Positions 26,709 through 37,683 of a stretch of 54,572 nucleotides of DNA are shown one piece after another. The stretch covers positions 1 to 54,572 of the forward strand of contig JAZRAW010000067.1 of the NCBI GenBank assembly GCA_045634765.1, written 5' to 3'. Source of the DNA: Alistipes sp. (lineage in GTDB: Bacteria > Bacteroidota > Bacteroidia > Bacteroidales > Rikenellaceae). Under the pieces are notes generated by a model that was not told the DNA's origin, did no database searches, and saw only the letters and a program-made list of their open reading frames with translations. The position numbers and the translations under genes are program-made. Positions within the stretch are counted from its first letter, which is position 1, and each line of letters starts with the position of its first letter.

Positions 26709-28736
26709 ATGAGAAAACTTTTTATCATATTTACACTATTACTATTTTCCGTAGGTTTTGCCCATGGCCAAGAGAGAAGTGTGCAGGTCGACTGCTACCT
26801 TTACCCTTGGTTGTCAAACCGCATTATTCTTGACTGGAGCGATGGCACGTTGCGCTGGTCGGTATATCGTGTTAATGTGCATTCAGGCTACGAGGAGGTT
26901 ATTGCACCTTCACGTCTTAGCATGACAACAGACCGCGGAGTGTGGGGCGAGGGCATTGAGAGTGCCGAAGTAGAGCGTATTGATGGTGAAAAGTACAACG
27001 GTGCTATTATAAACTTTGGAGACTACAGTGTCGAGCTTCTTTCACATGTCGATGGTGTTGCCTACCGCTTTATCTCAAACATCGAGGGCGACTATTTAAT
27101 TATAGATGAGTTGGCCGAGTTCTCATTCGATGGCGAGGATAATGCGTGGATTCCATACGTCAACTTCCGCCCAGATGCGACATCGGACTACGCAACGCAG
27201 TTTGAGACATCATTCGAGAATACCTACACCTACACAGCCCTCAAGGATATAGACTGGCGACGCTTGATATTTGCGCCAATAGTTGTTGAACGCAACGACC
27301 TAAAATTATGGATATCAGAGTCTAACCTCGAAGATTATCCAGGTATGTTCCTATCAAATAGGGATAGCGATGGAGTCCTCGACACCGAGTTTGCACCACG
27401 CCCCAAGGAGGTGGAGCAAGGTGGCTACAACATGTTGCAAGGCATGGTAAAGTCGCGCCACGACTATATTGCAGAGTGCCACGGCTCTCGCTCATTCCCT
27501 TGGCGAGTGGTGGCTATTGGCGAAGAGGATTGCGAATTGGCGAATAACGACCTTGTATGGGAGCTTGCTGACGAGTGCCGCTTGGAGGATACCTCATGGA
27601 TTAAGCCTGGCAAGGTGGCCTGGGAGTGGTGGAACGACTGGGGTCTCGAGGGCGTTAATTTCGAGCCTGGCATTAACAACGATACATATAAGTATTATAT
27701 AGACTTCGCCTCGCGCTACGGCATCGAGTATGTTATTCTTGACGAGGGCTGGAGTGTTAAGGGCAAAGCAGACCTAATGAAGGTAGTACCCGAAATTGAT
27801 ATTAAAGAGCTCGTAGATTATGCTGCCGAGCGCAATGTGGGCATCATACTCTGGGCAGGCTACTGGGCACTCAACCGCGACATCGAGGGCTTGTGTAAAC
27901 ACTACTCCGAGCTTGGCGTTAAGGGTTGGAAGGTCGACTTCCTCGACCGTGACGACCAAGAGATGGTGGAGTTTGTCTACGACCTTGCGGAGATAGCGGC
28001 TAAATACCACATGCTTGTTGATTATCACGGTGTTTACAAGCCTACTGGACTAAATAGAACCTACCCCAATGCTATCAATTTTGAGGGTGTACATGGTCTT
28101 GAGACGATGAAGTGGCTCGGCGCTGAGCACGACCAGATAACCTACGATGTGACCATCCCCTTTATCCGTGGTGCTGCGGGCCCTATGGACTACACGCAGG
28201 GTGCTATGCGCAATGGCGCAAAGGGTCACTACTACCCCGACTACTCACGCCCCATGAGTCAGGGTACGCGCTGTCATCAGTTGGCGATGTACATTATCTA
28301 CGATGCACCGCTTACGATGCTCTGCGACTCACCCACAAACTACGAGAAAGAGCCCGAGTTCACACGCCTTATCGCTTCGATGCCCACAGCGTTGCGCACA
28401 AAACGCCAAATTACCGATGGTGCTATTGGCGAGTATGTAGAGTGTTCGTACTGCGACATTCAAGAGGACATCTCATATAAGGCAGGCCTCAATGGCAATG
28501 AGCCGAGACGCGTAAAAGTGTGCATCCCAATAAACATAGAGTATGAGTCTATTGATTTATACGTTGATGGTGCTCGTGCCGAGGAGGATGGCACAGACTA
28601 TCAGCATATCTCGATCGACTTCACTAAATTCAAAACATATTCCGACTACCAAATTGATGTAGATATGGCCGCAGGAGGTGGCTACTTAATGGTAATAAAG
28701 GGTAAAATAACACCTGTATCAATCAACGGCCTATAA
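26709..28736 (+). CDS. Glycoside hydrolase family 97 (retaining-type KVDF motif)
   Basis: Signal peptide; SWIKPGKVAWEWW, YVILDEGW, KVDFLDRDDQ, GPMDYTQG, GTRCHQLA. Confidence 0.9.
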   Translation: MRKLFIIFTLLLFSVGFAHGQERSVQVDCYLYPWLSNRIILDWSDGTLRWSVYRVNVHSGYEEVIAPSRLSMTTDRGVWGEGIESAEVERIDGEKYNGAIINFGDYSVELLSHVDGVAYRFISNIEGDYLIIDELAEFSFDGEDNAWIPYVNFRPDATSDYATQFETSFENTYTYTALKDIDWRRLIFAPIVVERNDLKLWISESNLEDYPGMFLSNRDSDGVLDTEFAPRPKEVEQGGYNMLQGMVKSRHDYIAECHGSRSFPWRVVAIGEEDCELANNDLVWELADECRLEDTSWIKPGKVAWEWWNDWGLEGVNFEPGINNDTYKYYIDFASRYGIEYVILDEGWSVKGKADLMKVVPEIDIKELVDYAAERNVGIILWAGYWALNRDIEGLCKHYSELGVKGWKVDFLDRDDQEMVEFVYDLAEIAAKYHMLVDYHGVYKPTGLNRTYPNAINFEGVHGLETMKWLGAEHDQITYDVTIPFIRGAAGPMDYTQGAMRNGAKGHYYPDYSRPMSQGTRCHQLAMYIIYDAPLTMLCDSPTNYEKEPEFTRLIASMPTALRTKRQITDGAIGEYVECSYCDIQEDISYKAGLNGNEPRRVKVCIPINIEYESIDLYVDGARAEEDGTDYQHISIDFTKFKTYSDYQIDVDMAAGGGYLMVIKGKITPVSINGL

Positions 28737-28745
28737 TTATTAATT

Positions 28746-30983
28746 ATGAAACTACGACTTACGATAATAGCACTTATGCTCTCGTGCCTGACACTCTCGG
28801 CACAGGAGAGAGATTATACCGAGTGGGTAGACCCCTTTATCGGCACTGCCGACTACTCGGCTACGCACCCTGGCGCTGTTGTGCCCCACGGCATGATGGC
28901 GGCTGTGCCATTTAATGTGACGGGCTCGGAGCTTAACCGCTTCGACAAGGATAACCGCTGGTGGAGTACGCCTTACGACATCCGCAACAAGTATAGCGTG
29001 GGCTTTGCTCATGGCGCTTTGAGTGGCGTGGGTTGCCCCGAGTTGGGCGCTATAATCACCATGGCGACAACGGGCACAGCCGAGGCAGACCGCACAAAGC
29101 GTGGCTCGACATATAGCAACGAGGTGGCGACACCTGGCTACTACGCAACAACCTTCGACCAGTTCGCCGTGCGTGCCGAGGCAACTGCCACGGAGCGCGC
29201 ATCCATAGAGCGCTACACCTTCACCGAGGGTGGCGAGGCTAACATTATAGTCGACCTTGGCACGGCACTCTCAAACGAGTCGGGAGCGATGCTTCGCCGC
29301 GTGAGCAACACCGAGGTCGAGGGCATGCGCCTTTTGGGCACCTTCTGCTACACCAATCAGGCCGTCTTCCCTATCTACTTCGTCGTGCGCATCTCGCACC
29401 CCGCCGAGGAGATAAACTACTGGAAGCTGCAGCCCGAGATGACGGGCATAGAGGCGGCATGGTCGGGCGATAGCGGCGAGTATAAACTATACAAAAACTA
29501 CGCGCGCGAGATTATGGGTGACGATATAGGTGCTATCTTCAAGCTCGGCAACCTCGCCCCAGGCGCAGAGGTCGTTGTCAAGGTCGGCATATCGTATGTC
29601 TCTATGGAGAATGCACGCCGCAACCTCGATGCTGAGGTCGGCACGCGCGACTTCGACAGCGTGCGCGAGGCTGCTAAGGCAAAGTGGAACGAGGCCCTCG
29701 GACGCATTCGCGTGGAGGGTGGCACAGAGGAGGAGCGCACAATCTTCTACACCGCGCTCTACCACTCGTTGCTCCACCCCAACATCGTGAGCGACGTAAA
29801 TGGCGAGTACCCCGCAATGGAGTCGGGTGCTACGGGCGTAGCTGTGGGCTACGACCGCTATACGGTATTCTCACTCTGGGATACCTACCGCAATGTACAT
29901 CAGCTACTTACGTTGGTCTACCCCGAGGTGCAGACAGATATGATACGCTCGATGGTTGCCATGAGCCAGGAGTGGGGCTGGTTGCCACGCTGGGAGCTCT
30001 ACGGCCGCGAGACCTTCACCATGGAGGGCGACCCCGCCATCCCCGTAATCGTGGATAGCTACCTCAAGGGTCTCCGCGATTTCGACATCAACGCAGCATA
30101 CGAGGCCATGAAGCGCTCGGCAACAACCGAGGGCAAGCACAACGCCATACGCCCCGACATCGACCCATACATCGAGCGTAGCTACATCCCTGTGGGCATC
30201 TTTGCGCAGGATATGTCGGGTGACAACTCCGTGTCGCACGCCTTGGAGTACTATGTTGCAGACAATGCCCTTGCCGCCTTTGCCCGCGAGATGGGCGACG
30301 AGGAGTTTGCCCGCGAGATGGAGCGTCGTGCCGCAGGCTGGCGCAACTACTACTCGAAGGCTGACGGCGCTATGCGTCCCATAGGCATGGATGGCAACTA
30401 TGTCGGAGAGTTCGACCCCGCGGCGGGTGCTAACTTCTCGAATACTATAGGTTTCCACGAGGGTAGCTCATGGAACTACACCTTCTTCGTGCCCCACGAC
30501 ATCGAGGGTCTAATAAGAGCTATGGGTGGCTCAAAGCGCTTCGTGGAGAAGCTGCAGTGGGTATTCAACAATGGCCACTACGACCCCACCAACGAGCCCG
30601 ACATCGCCTACCCCTACCTCTTTAGCCGCGTTAAGGGCGAGGAGTGGCGCACACAGAGTCTTGTTAGAGAGCTCCTCAACGCCAACTACACCACAACGCC
30701 CGATGGCCTGCCTGGCAACGACGACACTGGCACAATGTCCACATGGGCGGTATTCTCGATGCTCGGCATCTACCCCGACTGCCCAGGAGAGCCCTACTAC
30801 ACCATCACCACACCCCGCTTCGAGCGTGCAGAGATTGACACACAGCACGGCACAATAGTGATAACCACCGAGGGTGAGGGCGACTATATCAAGGACATAC
30901 GACTTGGCGGCAAGTGCGCAGGCTACCGCATATCGCACGCCGACCTCATACAGGCAAAGGAATTGAAACTAAAACTTAAATAG
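28746..30983 (+). CDS. Glycoside hydrolase family 92 alpha-mannosidase
   Basis: VDPFIGT, HGALSGVGCP, FSLWDTYR, FHEGSSWNY, NEPD, GLPGNDDTGTMS. Confidence 0.93.
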   Translation: MKLRLTIIALMLSCLTLSAQERDYTEWVDPFIGTADYSATHPGAVVPHGMMAAVPFNVTGSELNRFDKDNRWWSTPYDIRNKYSVGFAHGALSGVGCPELGAIITMATTGTAEADRTKRGSTYSNEVATPGYYATTFDQFAVRAEATATERASIERYTFTEGGEANIIVDLGTALSNESGAMLRRVSNTEVEGMRLLGTFCYTNQAVFPIYFVVRISHPAEEINYWKLQPEMTGIEAAWSGDSGEYKLYKNYAREIMGDDIGAIFKLGNLAPGAEVVVKVGISYVSMENARRNLDAEVGTRDFDSVREAAKAKWNEALGRIRVEGGTEEERTIFYTALYHSLLHPNIVSDVNGEYPAMESGATGVAVGYDRYTVFSLWDTYRNVHQLLTLVYPEVQTDMIRSMVAMSQEWGWLPRWELYGRETFTMEGDPAIPVIVDSYLKGLRDFDINAAYEAMKRSATTEGKHNAIRPDIDPYIERSYIPVGIFAQDMSGDNSVSHALEYYVADNALAAFAREMGDEEFAREMERRAAGWRNYYSKADGAMRPIGMDGNYVGEFDPAAGANFSNTIGFHEGSSWNYTFFVPHDIEGLIRAMGGSKRFVEKLQWVFNNGHYDPTNEPDIAYPYLFSRVKGEEWRTQSLVRELLNANYTTTPDGLPGNDDTGTMSTWAVFSMLGIYPDCPGEPYYTITTPRFERAEIDTQHGTIVITTEGEGDYIKDIRLGGKCAGYRISHADLIQAKELKLKLK

Positions 30984-30986
30984 AGC

Positions 30987-33179
30987 ATGAAAACAACAAA
31001 ACTACTCATCGCGCTTTTTGCGCTTGCGGCAATCGTAGGTTGTGCAACGGAGAACACCGAGACAACGACTACAGATTATGCGGCAAAGGTAAACCCAAAG
31101 ATTGGCTCTGGTGGCCATGGTCACGTATTTGTGGGTGCTAACGTACCCTTTGGTATGACACAGGTAGGTCCTACAAGCATCACCCAGGAGTGGGACTGGT
31201 GCTCTGGCTACCACGACTCAGAGAATAGCGTCATCGGTTTCTCGCACACCCACCTCTCAGGTACTGGCTGCGGTGACTTGTTCGATGTAACACTCATGCC
31301 CGTTATGGGCGAGGTGGAGTATGGTCGTGGCCGCCTTGGTGACTACTCTACAGGCTTCTGGAGCGAGGCAGATCGCACACAGGAGGTCGTAGAGCCTGGC
31401 TACTACTCTGTGCCCCTTACACGCTACAACATCCTTGCTGAGATGACCGCAACGGAGCGTGGTGGCTTACACCGCTACACCTTCCCCGAGGGTGAGGATG
31501 CCGCTATCATCCTCGACCTTGTGCATGGTGGCTGCTTCGACCGTCCCGAGGAGCTCTACGCCGAGGCCGTTAGCGACACCCGCGTTGTGGGTCGCCGCCA
31601 CAGCTGGGGCTGGTCAAACAACCAGAAGGTATACTTCGTAATCGAGTTCTCGAAGCCCTTCACCGAGTTCGAGCCCATTGGCGAGTATGGCTTCTACTAT
31701 CGCATACACTTCGACACCAAAGCGGGTGAGCAGATTGGCGTAAAGGTAGCCCTCTCATCAACAAGCCCCGAGGGTGCTGAGCTCAACTTCAACGCCGAGG
31801 TTGCCAACATCGACTTCGACACAGCACGCAAGGAGGCATATAACAAATGGAACAACGAGATTTCGAAGATTCGCATCGAGGGTGCTACAGAGGAGCAAGA
31901 GGAGATATTCTATACAGGCATGTACCACATGTATGTTGCTCCATCGTTGTTCTCTGACGTAGACCGCACATACCGTGGTGCCGACAATGTTGTACACCCC
32001 GACCCAGGTCACGACACCTATACAACATTCTCATTGTGGGACACTTACCGCGCAAAGTTACCTCTAATGACCATCACTCATCCCGAGCTTATGGACGATG
32101 TTACCAACACCATGATTAACATCTACGAGGAGCAAGGTTTCTTGCCCATCTGGCACTTGTGGGGCTGGGACAATGGCTGTATGGTAGGCTCGCCTGGTAT
32201 CATCGCCGTATCGGATGCCGTAGCCAAGGATATCGAGGGCATCGACGCTGAGCGCGCATGGGAGGCTATCTACGGCTCTGCGATGCACAATATGCGTGGT
32301 GGCAAGTATCGCAAGGAGTATGGCTACATGCCTAACGACCTCCAGGGTGAGTCTATCGCTCACGATATGGAGTTTGCTATCGCCGACGCAGCAGCAGCTA
32401 CCGTAGCCGAGAAGCTCGGTAAGGAGGAGGCCGAGTACCTCGCAACACGTAGCCACTCGTGGACAAACTACTACGACCCCGAGACAGGCTTCATCCGTGG
32501 CAAGTCATCTAAGGGTGAGTGGCGCGCAGACTTCAACCCCTACAACGCATCGCGCATTGCAAACGAGTATTGCGAGGGTAACGCATGGCAATACCTCTGG
32601 CTCGTGCCCCACGACCTCGATATGTTGCAGTACTTCATGGGTGGCAGAGAGGCTACCATCGCACGCCTCGATGAGCTCTTCACCGCCGACACAAAGATGG
32701 AGGGAGAGGATGTAACACCAGATATTTCGGGTCTTATTGGCCAGTATGTACATGGCAATGAGCCCAGCCACCACATCATCTACTTCTACACCATGTTGGG
32801 TGAGCCATGGAAGGCTGCCGATCGCTTGTACGAGGTTATGGATACGATGTACTCTACCGAGGTTGACGGCCTCTCGGGTAACGAGGATGTGGGTCAGATG
32901 TCGGCATGGTACATCATGACAACACTCGGCTTCTACCCCGTAGAGCCCGCATCTAAGCAGTATGTCTTGGGTGTGCCAATGGTTGACGCTGCAGAGATTG
33001 ATGTCGAGGGTGGCATCTTCCGCATAGAGCGTGTTGGCTATAGCGAAGAGAACCGCTATGTTCAGAGCGTGGAGCTCAATGGCAAGGCTCTCGACCGCTA
33101 CTACATCACCCACGAGGAGATTGTCGCTGGTGGCACGCTCAAGTTCAACATGGGCACAAACAAGGCGGTTTGGTACTAA
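30987..33179 (+). CDS. Glycoside hydrolase family 92 alpha-mannosidase (lipoprotein)
   Basis: Lipobox IVGC; GFSHTHLSGTG, FSLWDTYRA, EGNAWQY, HGNEPSHH, GNEDVGQMSAW. Confidence 0.93.
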   Translation: MKTTKLLIALFALAAIVGCATENTETTTTDYAAKVNPKIGSGGHGHVFVGANVPFGMTQVGPTSITQEWDWCSGYHDSENSVIGFSHTHLSGTGCGDLFDVTLMPVMGEVEYGRGRLGDYSTGFWSEADRTQEVVEPGYYSVPLTRYNILAEMTATERGGLHRYTFPEGEDAAIILDLVHGGCFDRPEELYAEAVSDTRVVGRRHSWGWSNNQKVYFVIEFSKPFTEFEPIGEYGFYYRIHFDTKAGEQIGVKVALSSTSPEGAELNFNAEVANIDFDTARKEAYNKWNNEISKIRIEGATEEQEEIFYTGMYHMYVAPSLFSDVDRTYRGADNVVHPDPGHDTYTTFSLWDTYRAKLPLMTITHPELMDDVTNTMINIYEEQGFLPIWHLWGWDNGCMVGSPGIIAVSDAVAKDIEGIDAERAWEAIYGSAMHNMRGGKYRKEYGYMPNDLQGESIAHDMEFAIADAAAATVAEKLGKEEAEYLATRSHSWTNYYDPETGFIRGKSSKGEWRADFNPYNASRIANEYCEGNAWQYLWLVPHDLDMLQYFMGGREATIARLDELFTADTKMEGEDVTPDISGLIGQYVHGNEPSHHIIYFYTMLGEPWKAADRLYEVMDTMYSTEVDGLSGNEDVGQMSAWYIMTTLGFYPVEPASKQYVLGVPMVDAAEIDVEGGIFRIERVGYSEENRYVQSVELNGKALDRYYITHEEIVAGGTLKFNMGTNKAVWY

Positions 33180-33368
33180 TGCATCATGACTAATTAGGGA
33201 CTCTTGCAAATGGTTAAAACACAACTATTTGCAGGAGGCCCCATAAAATAACCTCTAAAAATTGCACAATTTGGGCGAAAGTTTGTACATTTGCGCCCAA
33301 ATTTGACAATACATATTATTATTAGTTTATAAACTATTAGCCTTATTTTTACTAAATTCTGAATTGAT

Positions 33369-34580
33369 ATGGGTGTAAAAATCTCTTCTCGTTCGATTCT
33401 TGTTGGCATCAAGGAGTATCTTTTGATGACCTTTGGTATGTTCTGCTACGCCTTCGGCTGGCAGATGTGCGTACTTCCCGCTGGTGGTATGGGTGGTGGT
33501 GCCGCAGGTTTGGCTACACTTATCAACGCCATTCTTCCATTTTCGCTCACAGAGAACATCTTCACCATCGGTAACTTGATTTTCATCATCAACTGCATCC
33601 TTCTTATCCTTGGTGTTATGATTGTAGGTTGGAAGTTCGGTATCAAGACTTTGTACTGTATCTTAATGATGTCAGTGATGTTCAACCTCGTAAGCATTCT
33701 TCCAGCCGACACTATGGTAAAAATAGTGGAGGGTGTTGACTCATGGCGTATCCTCTTGGTTGCTATGGGTGCTGCATCTTGCGGTGTTGGTATCGCAGTG
33801 TCATTCATGCAGGGTGGCTCAACTGGTGGTACAGATATCGTTGCAATGATTATCAACAAGTTCCGCACCGTAAGCTATGGTAAGGTATTGCTTATGACCG
33901 ACTGCGGTATCCTTATCGGCTCACTCTTCCTCTCTACAAGCGTGTCGATGGTACCAACCGAGAAATGGTTAGACGACAATAATTGGAATGTAGACGGTAC
34001 TAAGCGAACCACAATAGTTGCCAATGCAGAGACAGAGACAGTTACAGAGGATGCATTAGAGTTTAACGATACTGCTGCAGAGACTGAGACCGCTGTAATT
34101 GCAGAGAATACTGCAGAGACAATTGAGACTACTACAGAGGTGCCTGCTGATCCTAACAATGCAAAGCTTCACCCAGGAAAGGGCGAGGGTCCTATTTGGA
34201 AGAATATCACTATTCCACCTCTCTCTGCAGACTCGTTTGCTCGTATGATTTATGGTTTCTTGATGATTGCAGTTATTGGCTACACTGTTGATTTGGTACA
34301 GTCTGGTAACCAGCAGTCTAACCAGATTCTTATCTTCTGTAAAGACTACGAGAGCATGGCAAACATGATTATGACAAAGGCAAATCGTGGTGCTACACTT
34401 ATCGACGCTATGGGTTCATACTCTAAGACTCCATCAAAGGCCGTTATGGTTGTTTGCCGCAAGCGCGACACATCTACCATTTTGAAGTTCGTACGCGAGG
34501 AGGATCCCAAGGCATTTATCACCGTTGGCTCAGTAATGGGCGTATACGGCCAGGGCTTCGACGCTTTGAACAAGCTCTAA
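33369..34580 (+). CDS. YitT-family membrane protein with a large internal insertion
   Basis: GGAAGLA, GGSTGGTDIVA, C-terminal RGAT...DPKAF..VMGVYGQGF domain. TACATTTG promoter at 33286-33293. Confidence 0.85.
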   Translation: MGVKISSRSILVGIKEYLLMTFGMFCYAFGWQMCVLPAGGMGGGAAGLATLINAILPFSLTENIFTIGNLIFIINCILLILGVMIVGWKFGIKTLYCILMMSVMFNLVSILPADTMVKIVEGVDSWRILLVAMGAASCGVGIAVSFMQGGSTGGTDIVAMIINKFRTVSYGKVLLMTDCGILIGSLFLSTSVSMVPTEKWLDDNNWNVDGTKRTTIVANAETETVTEDALEFNDTAAETETAVIAENTAETIETTTEVPADPNNAKLHPGKGEGPIWKNITIPPLSADSFARMIYGFLMIAVIGYTVDLVQSGNQQSNQILIFCKDYESMANMIMTKANRGATLIDAMGSYSKTPSKAVMVVCRKRDTSTILKFVREEDPKAFITVGSVMGVYGQGFDALNKL

Positions 34581-34661
34581 TAGAGCAATAAATAGTACGG
34601 GGGGTAAAATTATTCATCCCCAGAAAGAAGTATTATAAACATCTATTAAAACACTGCTGCC

Positions 34662-36914
34662 ATGCTTTACGCACAGGTAGTTCTTCCGCTGGCACAGCCA
34701 ATGTACATCTTCTCGGTGGATGAAGCATTGGGTGTGGGCATAGGAGACGCCGTAGTCGTACAGTTTGGCAGCAGTCGTTATTATACGGGTATCGTCTGGA
34801 GCCTCTCCGCCCAGAGACCCGAATACCCACGCATCAAACCCATCCTTAAACGCCTATACTCCACACCTCTGGTAACACCCGAGGCACAACGCCTCTGGGA
34901 GTGGATTGCAGAGTACTACATGTGCACCATAGGCGAGGTTATGCGTGTGGCACTCCCCGCCTTGGCAAAACCCTCAGCTACTACACTCACGGAACTCGAC
35001 GAGCGTAGCATTGCACCACCCACCGAGACATTTGTAGCCCTCGCAAAGGAGCTACGCACTGAGGAGGCACTCGCAGCATACGTCACAAAACATCAGCGCA
35101 AGGCACCACGCCGCACCGAGACGATGGACCGCATTGCCGCCCTCGCCATGGAGCGCAGGAGCGCCGACGGTTTCGTGCCACGCCGCCTTGTAGATGCCGA
35201 GACGGTGCATATCACCGACCTCAAACGCCGAGGCCTCATCGAGATGCGCGAAGCCCCCGTAGAGGCTACGCACGACAAAAAAGATTTTCTACTACCCACG
35301 CTCTCCGAGGCTCAGCAGCGCGCCTTGGATGCCATAGATGAGGGCCACCGCAACAATAAAGTGGCACTCCTGCATGGCGTTACGGGCTCGGGCAAGACCG
35401 AGATATACATACACCTTATCGCCAACACCCTCGCCGAGGGTCGCGATGCCCTTGTACTTGTCCCCGAAATTGTCATAACCTCGCAGCTTGTCGAACGCCT
35501 CGAGCGCATCTTCGAGGGTCGCACCACGACATATCACTCTCGCCTTACGCCACTGCGTCGAGGCGAGACATTCCTACGCCTTGCATCCTCCGCGGGTGGC
35601 GAACTCATCGTAGGCGTGCGCTCAGCGATATTCCTACCGATGAAGCGTCCAGGCCTTATCGTTGTGGATGAGGAGCACGATGCAAACTACAAGCAAACAG
35701 ACCCCTCGCCTCGCTACAACGCACGCGACATGGCCGTTGTCATGAGCCGCATATATGGGGCAAAGGTGGTGCTCGGAAGCGCCACACCCTCCCTGGAGAG
35801 CCTCTACAACGCCACTACGGGCAAGTATGCCTACATAGAACTTACCGAGCGCTGGGGTGAGGCCGTATTGCCCGAAATCATAGTCTCGGACACCATACGC
35901 GCCGTGAAGCGCAACGAGCGCAAGACACACTTCAACCTCGAGTTGTTGCAGAATATAAACCGCTCGCTGAGTGCGGGGGAGCAGGCCATACTCTTCCAGA
36001 ATCGCCGTGGCTACTCACCATATGTACAGTGTCGCACCTGTGGTTACTCGCCACGCTGCCCCCACTGCAACGTAACCCTCACACGCCACAAGGCCACCGA
36101 CCGCATGGAGTGCCACTACTGCGGCTACAACATGCCCGCACCCAAGATGTGCCCCAACTGCGAGGTGCAGGATATGGCACTCATGGGCTTCGGCACGGAG
36201 AAGGTTGCCGAGGAGATTTCGCGCCTCATGCCCGAGGCACGCATCGAGCGCCTCGATGGCGATACCTCGACCTCGGAGCGCGCATTCAAGCGTATCGTGA
36301 CACGCTTCGATAGTGGCGAAGCGGACATCCTCGTAGGCACACAGATTCTAACTAAAGGTTTTGACTTTGGGGGCGTCACCACTGTGGGTATACTCAACGC
36401 TGACAATTTGCTGACCATGCCCGACTTCCGCGCCTCGGAGCGCGCCTTTCAGCTTATGATGCAGGTGGCGGGACGTGCCGGTAGGCGCAACGACCGTGGC
36501 CGTGTGGTGATACAGACATCGCAACCCAAGCACCCCGTAATACGCTTCGTGGCCTCGGGCGACTACCACGCCATGGCAAATAGCGAACTTGCCGAGCGCA
36601 AGGCATTCGGCTACCCACCCTACTCACACCTCATACGTCTGCTTATGCGTCACGAGGATTACAACCTACTGCACCATGCGGTGCACGCCCTCGCCATGGT
36701 TATGCGCAAAAAGTTTGGTGCAAGGGTGATGGGTCCCGTATCCGCTGCGCTGGAGATGCTACGCGGCGAGCACCGCGCCGAGATACTCCTAAAAATAGAG
36801 GCGGGAGCATCTATGCAGCGCGCACGCACACTCCTACGCGAGGCCATAGCCACCATGGAGGGCGACCCCAAATATAAGAGTGTAAAAATTTCTGTAGATG
36901 TCGATGCTCTATAG
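34662..36914 (+). CDS. priA: Primosomal protein N' (replication restart helicase)
   Basis: HGVTGSGKTE, DEEHD, SATPS, NRRGY, four CxxC motifs, QVAGRAGR. Confidence 0.96.
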   Translation: MLYAQVVLPLAQPMYIFSVDEALGVGIGDAVVVQFGSSRYYTGIVWSLSAQRPEYPRIKPILKRLYSTPLVTPEAQRLWEWIAEYYMCTIGEVMRVALPALAKPSATTLTELDERSIAPPTETFVALAKELRTEEALAAYVTKHQRKAPRRTETMDRIAALAMERRSADGFVPRRLVDAETVHITDLKRRGLIEMREAPVEATHDKKDFLLPTLSEAQQRALDAIDEGHRNNKVALLHGVTGSGKTEIYIHLIANTLAEGRDALVLVPEIVITSQLVERLERIFEGRTTTYHSRLTPLRRGETFLRLASSAGGELIVGVRSAIFLPMKRPGLIVVDEEHDANYKQTDPSPRYNARDMAVVMSRIYGAKVVLGSATPSLESLYNATTGKYAYIELTERWGEAVLPEIIVSDTIRAVKRNERKTHFNLELLQNINRSLSAGEQAILFQNRRGYSPYVQCRTCGYSPRCPHCNVTLTRHKATDRMECHYCGYNMPAPKMCPNCEVQDMALMGFGTEKVAEEISRLMPEARIERLDGDTSTSERAFKRIVTRFDSGEADILVGTQILTKGFDFGGVTTVGILNADNLLTMPDFRASERAFQLMMQVAGRAGRRNDRGRVVIQTSQPKHPVIRFVASGDYHAMANSELAERKAFGYPPYSHLIRLLMRHEDYNLLHHAVHALAMVMRKKFGARVMGPVSAALEMLRGEHRAEILLKIEAGASMQRARTLLREAIATMEGDPKYKSVKISVDVDAL

Positions 36915-37620
36915 TGCATATCGAGCTATGCGCTCACTGCTCTTTGCCCAAGAGTGCATGGTGTGTGGCGAGCATGTAGATGACGCCATGCACGGCATCT
37001 GCATAAAGTGCCGCTACGACATACCCCTTACCAACTACTGGCTCAAGGAGGAAAACCCCGTTAAGGAGAAGTTTGCAGGTCTTGTACCGATTGAGCAGGG
37101 CTCATCCTTCATCTTCTATGCTGGCGACAGCCTATGGCGCACCATGATACACCGCTTCAAGTATAGTGGCGAGTGGCAGATTGCCTACAACATGGGGCGC
37201 TGGTATGGCGCCGAGCTTAAGGCCTCGGGGCTATACGACGATGTAGACCTCGTAATCCCCATACCACTCCACTACATTAAGATTTTGAAGCGCGGCTACA
37301 ACCAATCGACATACCTTGCCGAGGGCATAGCAAAGAGCCTCGGCGCAAAGGTTGACACCCGCGCCACGCGACGCATACGCAACAACCCTTCACAGGCACG
37401 CCGCGGCGCACGCGACCGCTGGGAGAATGTCGACAAACTATTTCACATCGTACACCCCGAGAGGCTGCGAGGTAAACACATCCTCGTTGTCGACGACGTG
37501 CTCACCTCGGGTGCTACGCTCACCACATTCCTAAAGGAGGTGACGCAAACCATTCCCGACTGCCGCATATCCATCGCTACGCTCGCCGTAACAAAGCATA
37601 TCACACCCTTAGGCAAGTAA
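36898..37620 (+). CDS. comF: ComF-family zinc-ribbon/phosphoribosyltransferase-fold protein
   Basis: CMVC..CIKC, RGYNQS, VVDDVLTSGAT. Overlaps priA by 17 bp. Confidence 0.88.
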   Translation: MSMLYSAYRAMRSLLFAQECMVCGEHVDDAMHGICIKCRYDIPLTNYWLKEENPVKEKFAGLVPIEQGSSFIFYAGDSLWRTMIHRFKYSGEWQIAYNMGRWYGAELKASGLYDDVDLVIPIPLHYIKILKRGYNQSTYLAEGIAKSLGAKVDTRATRRIRNNPSQARRGARDRWENVDKLFHIVHPERLRGKHILVVDDVLTSGATLTTFLKEVTQTIPDCRISIATLAVTKHITPLGK

Positions 37621-37683
37621 TTTTGCCCCACACATAGTCACCATACGATAATTTTGCATATCTTTACAAAAAATTATGGAGGT

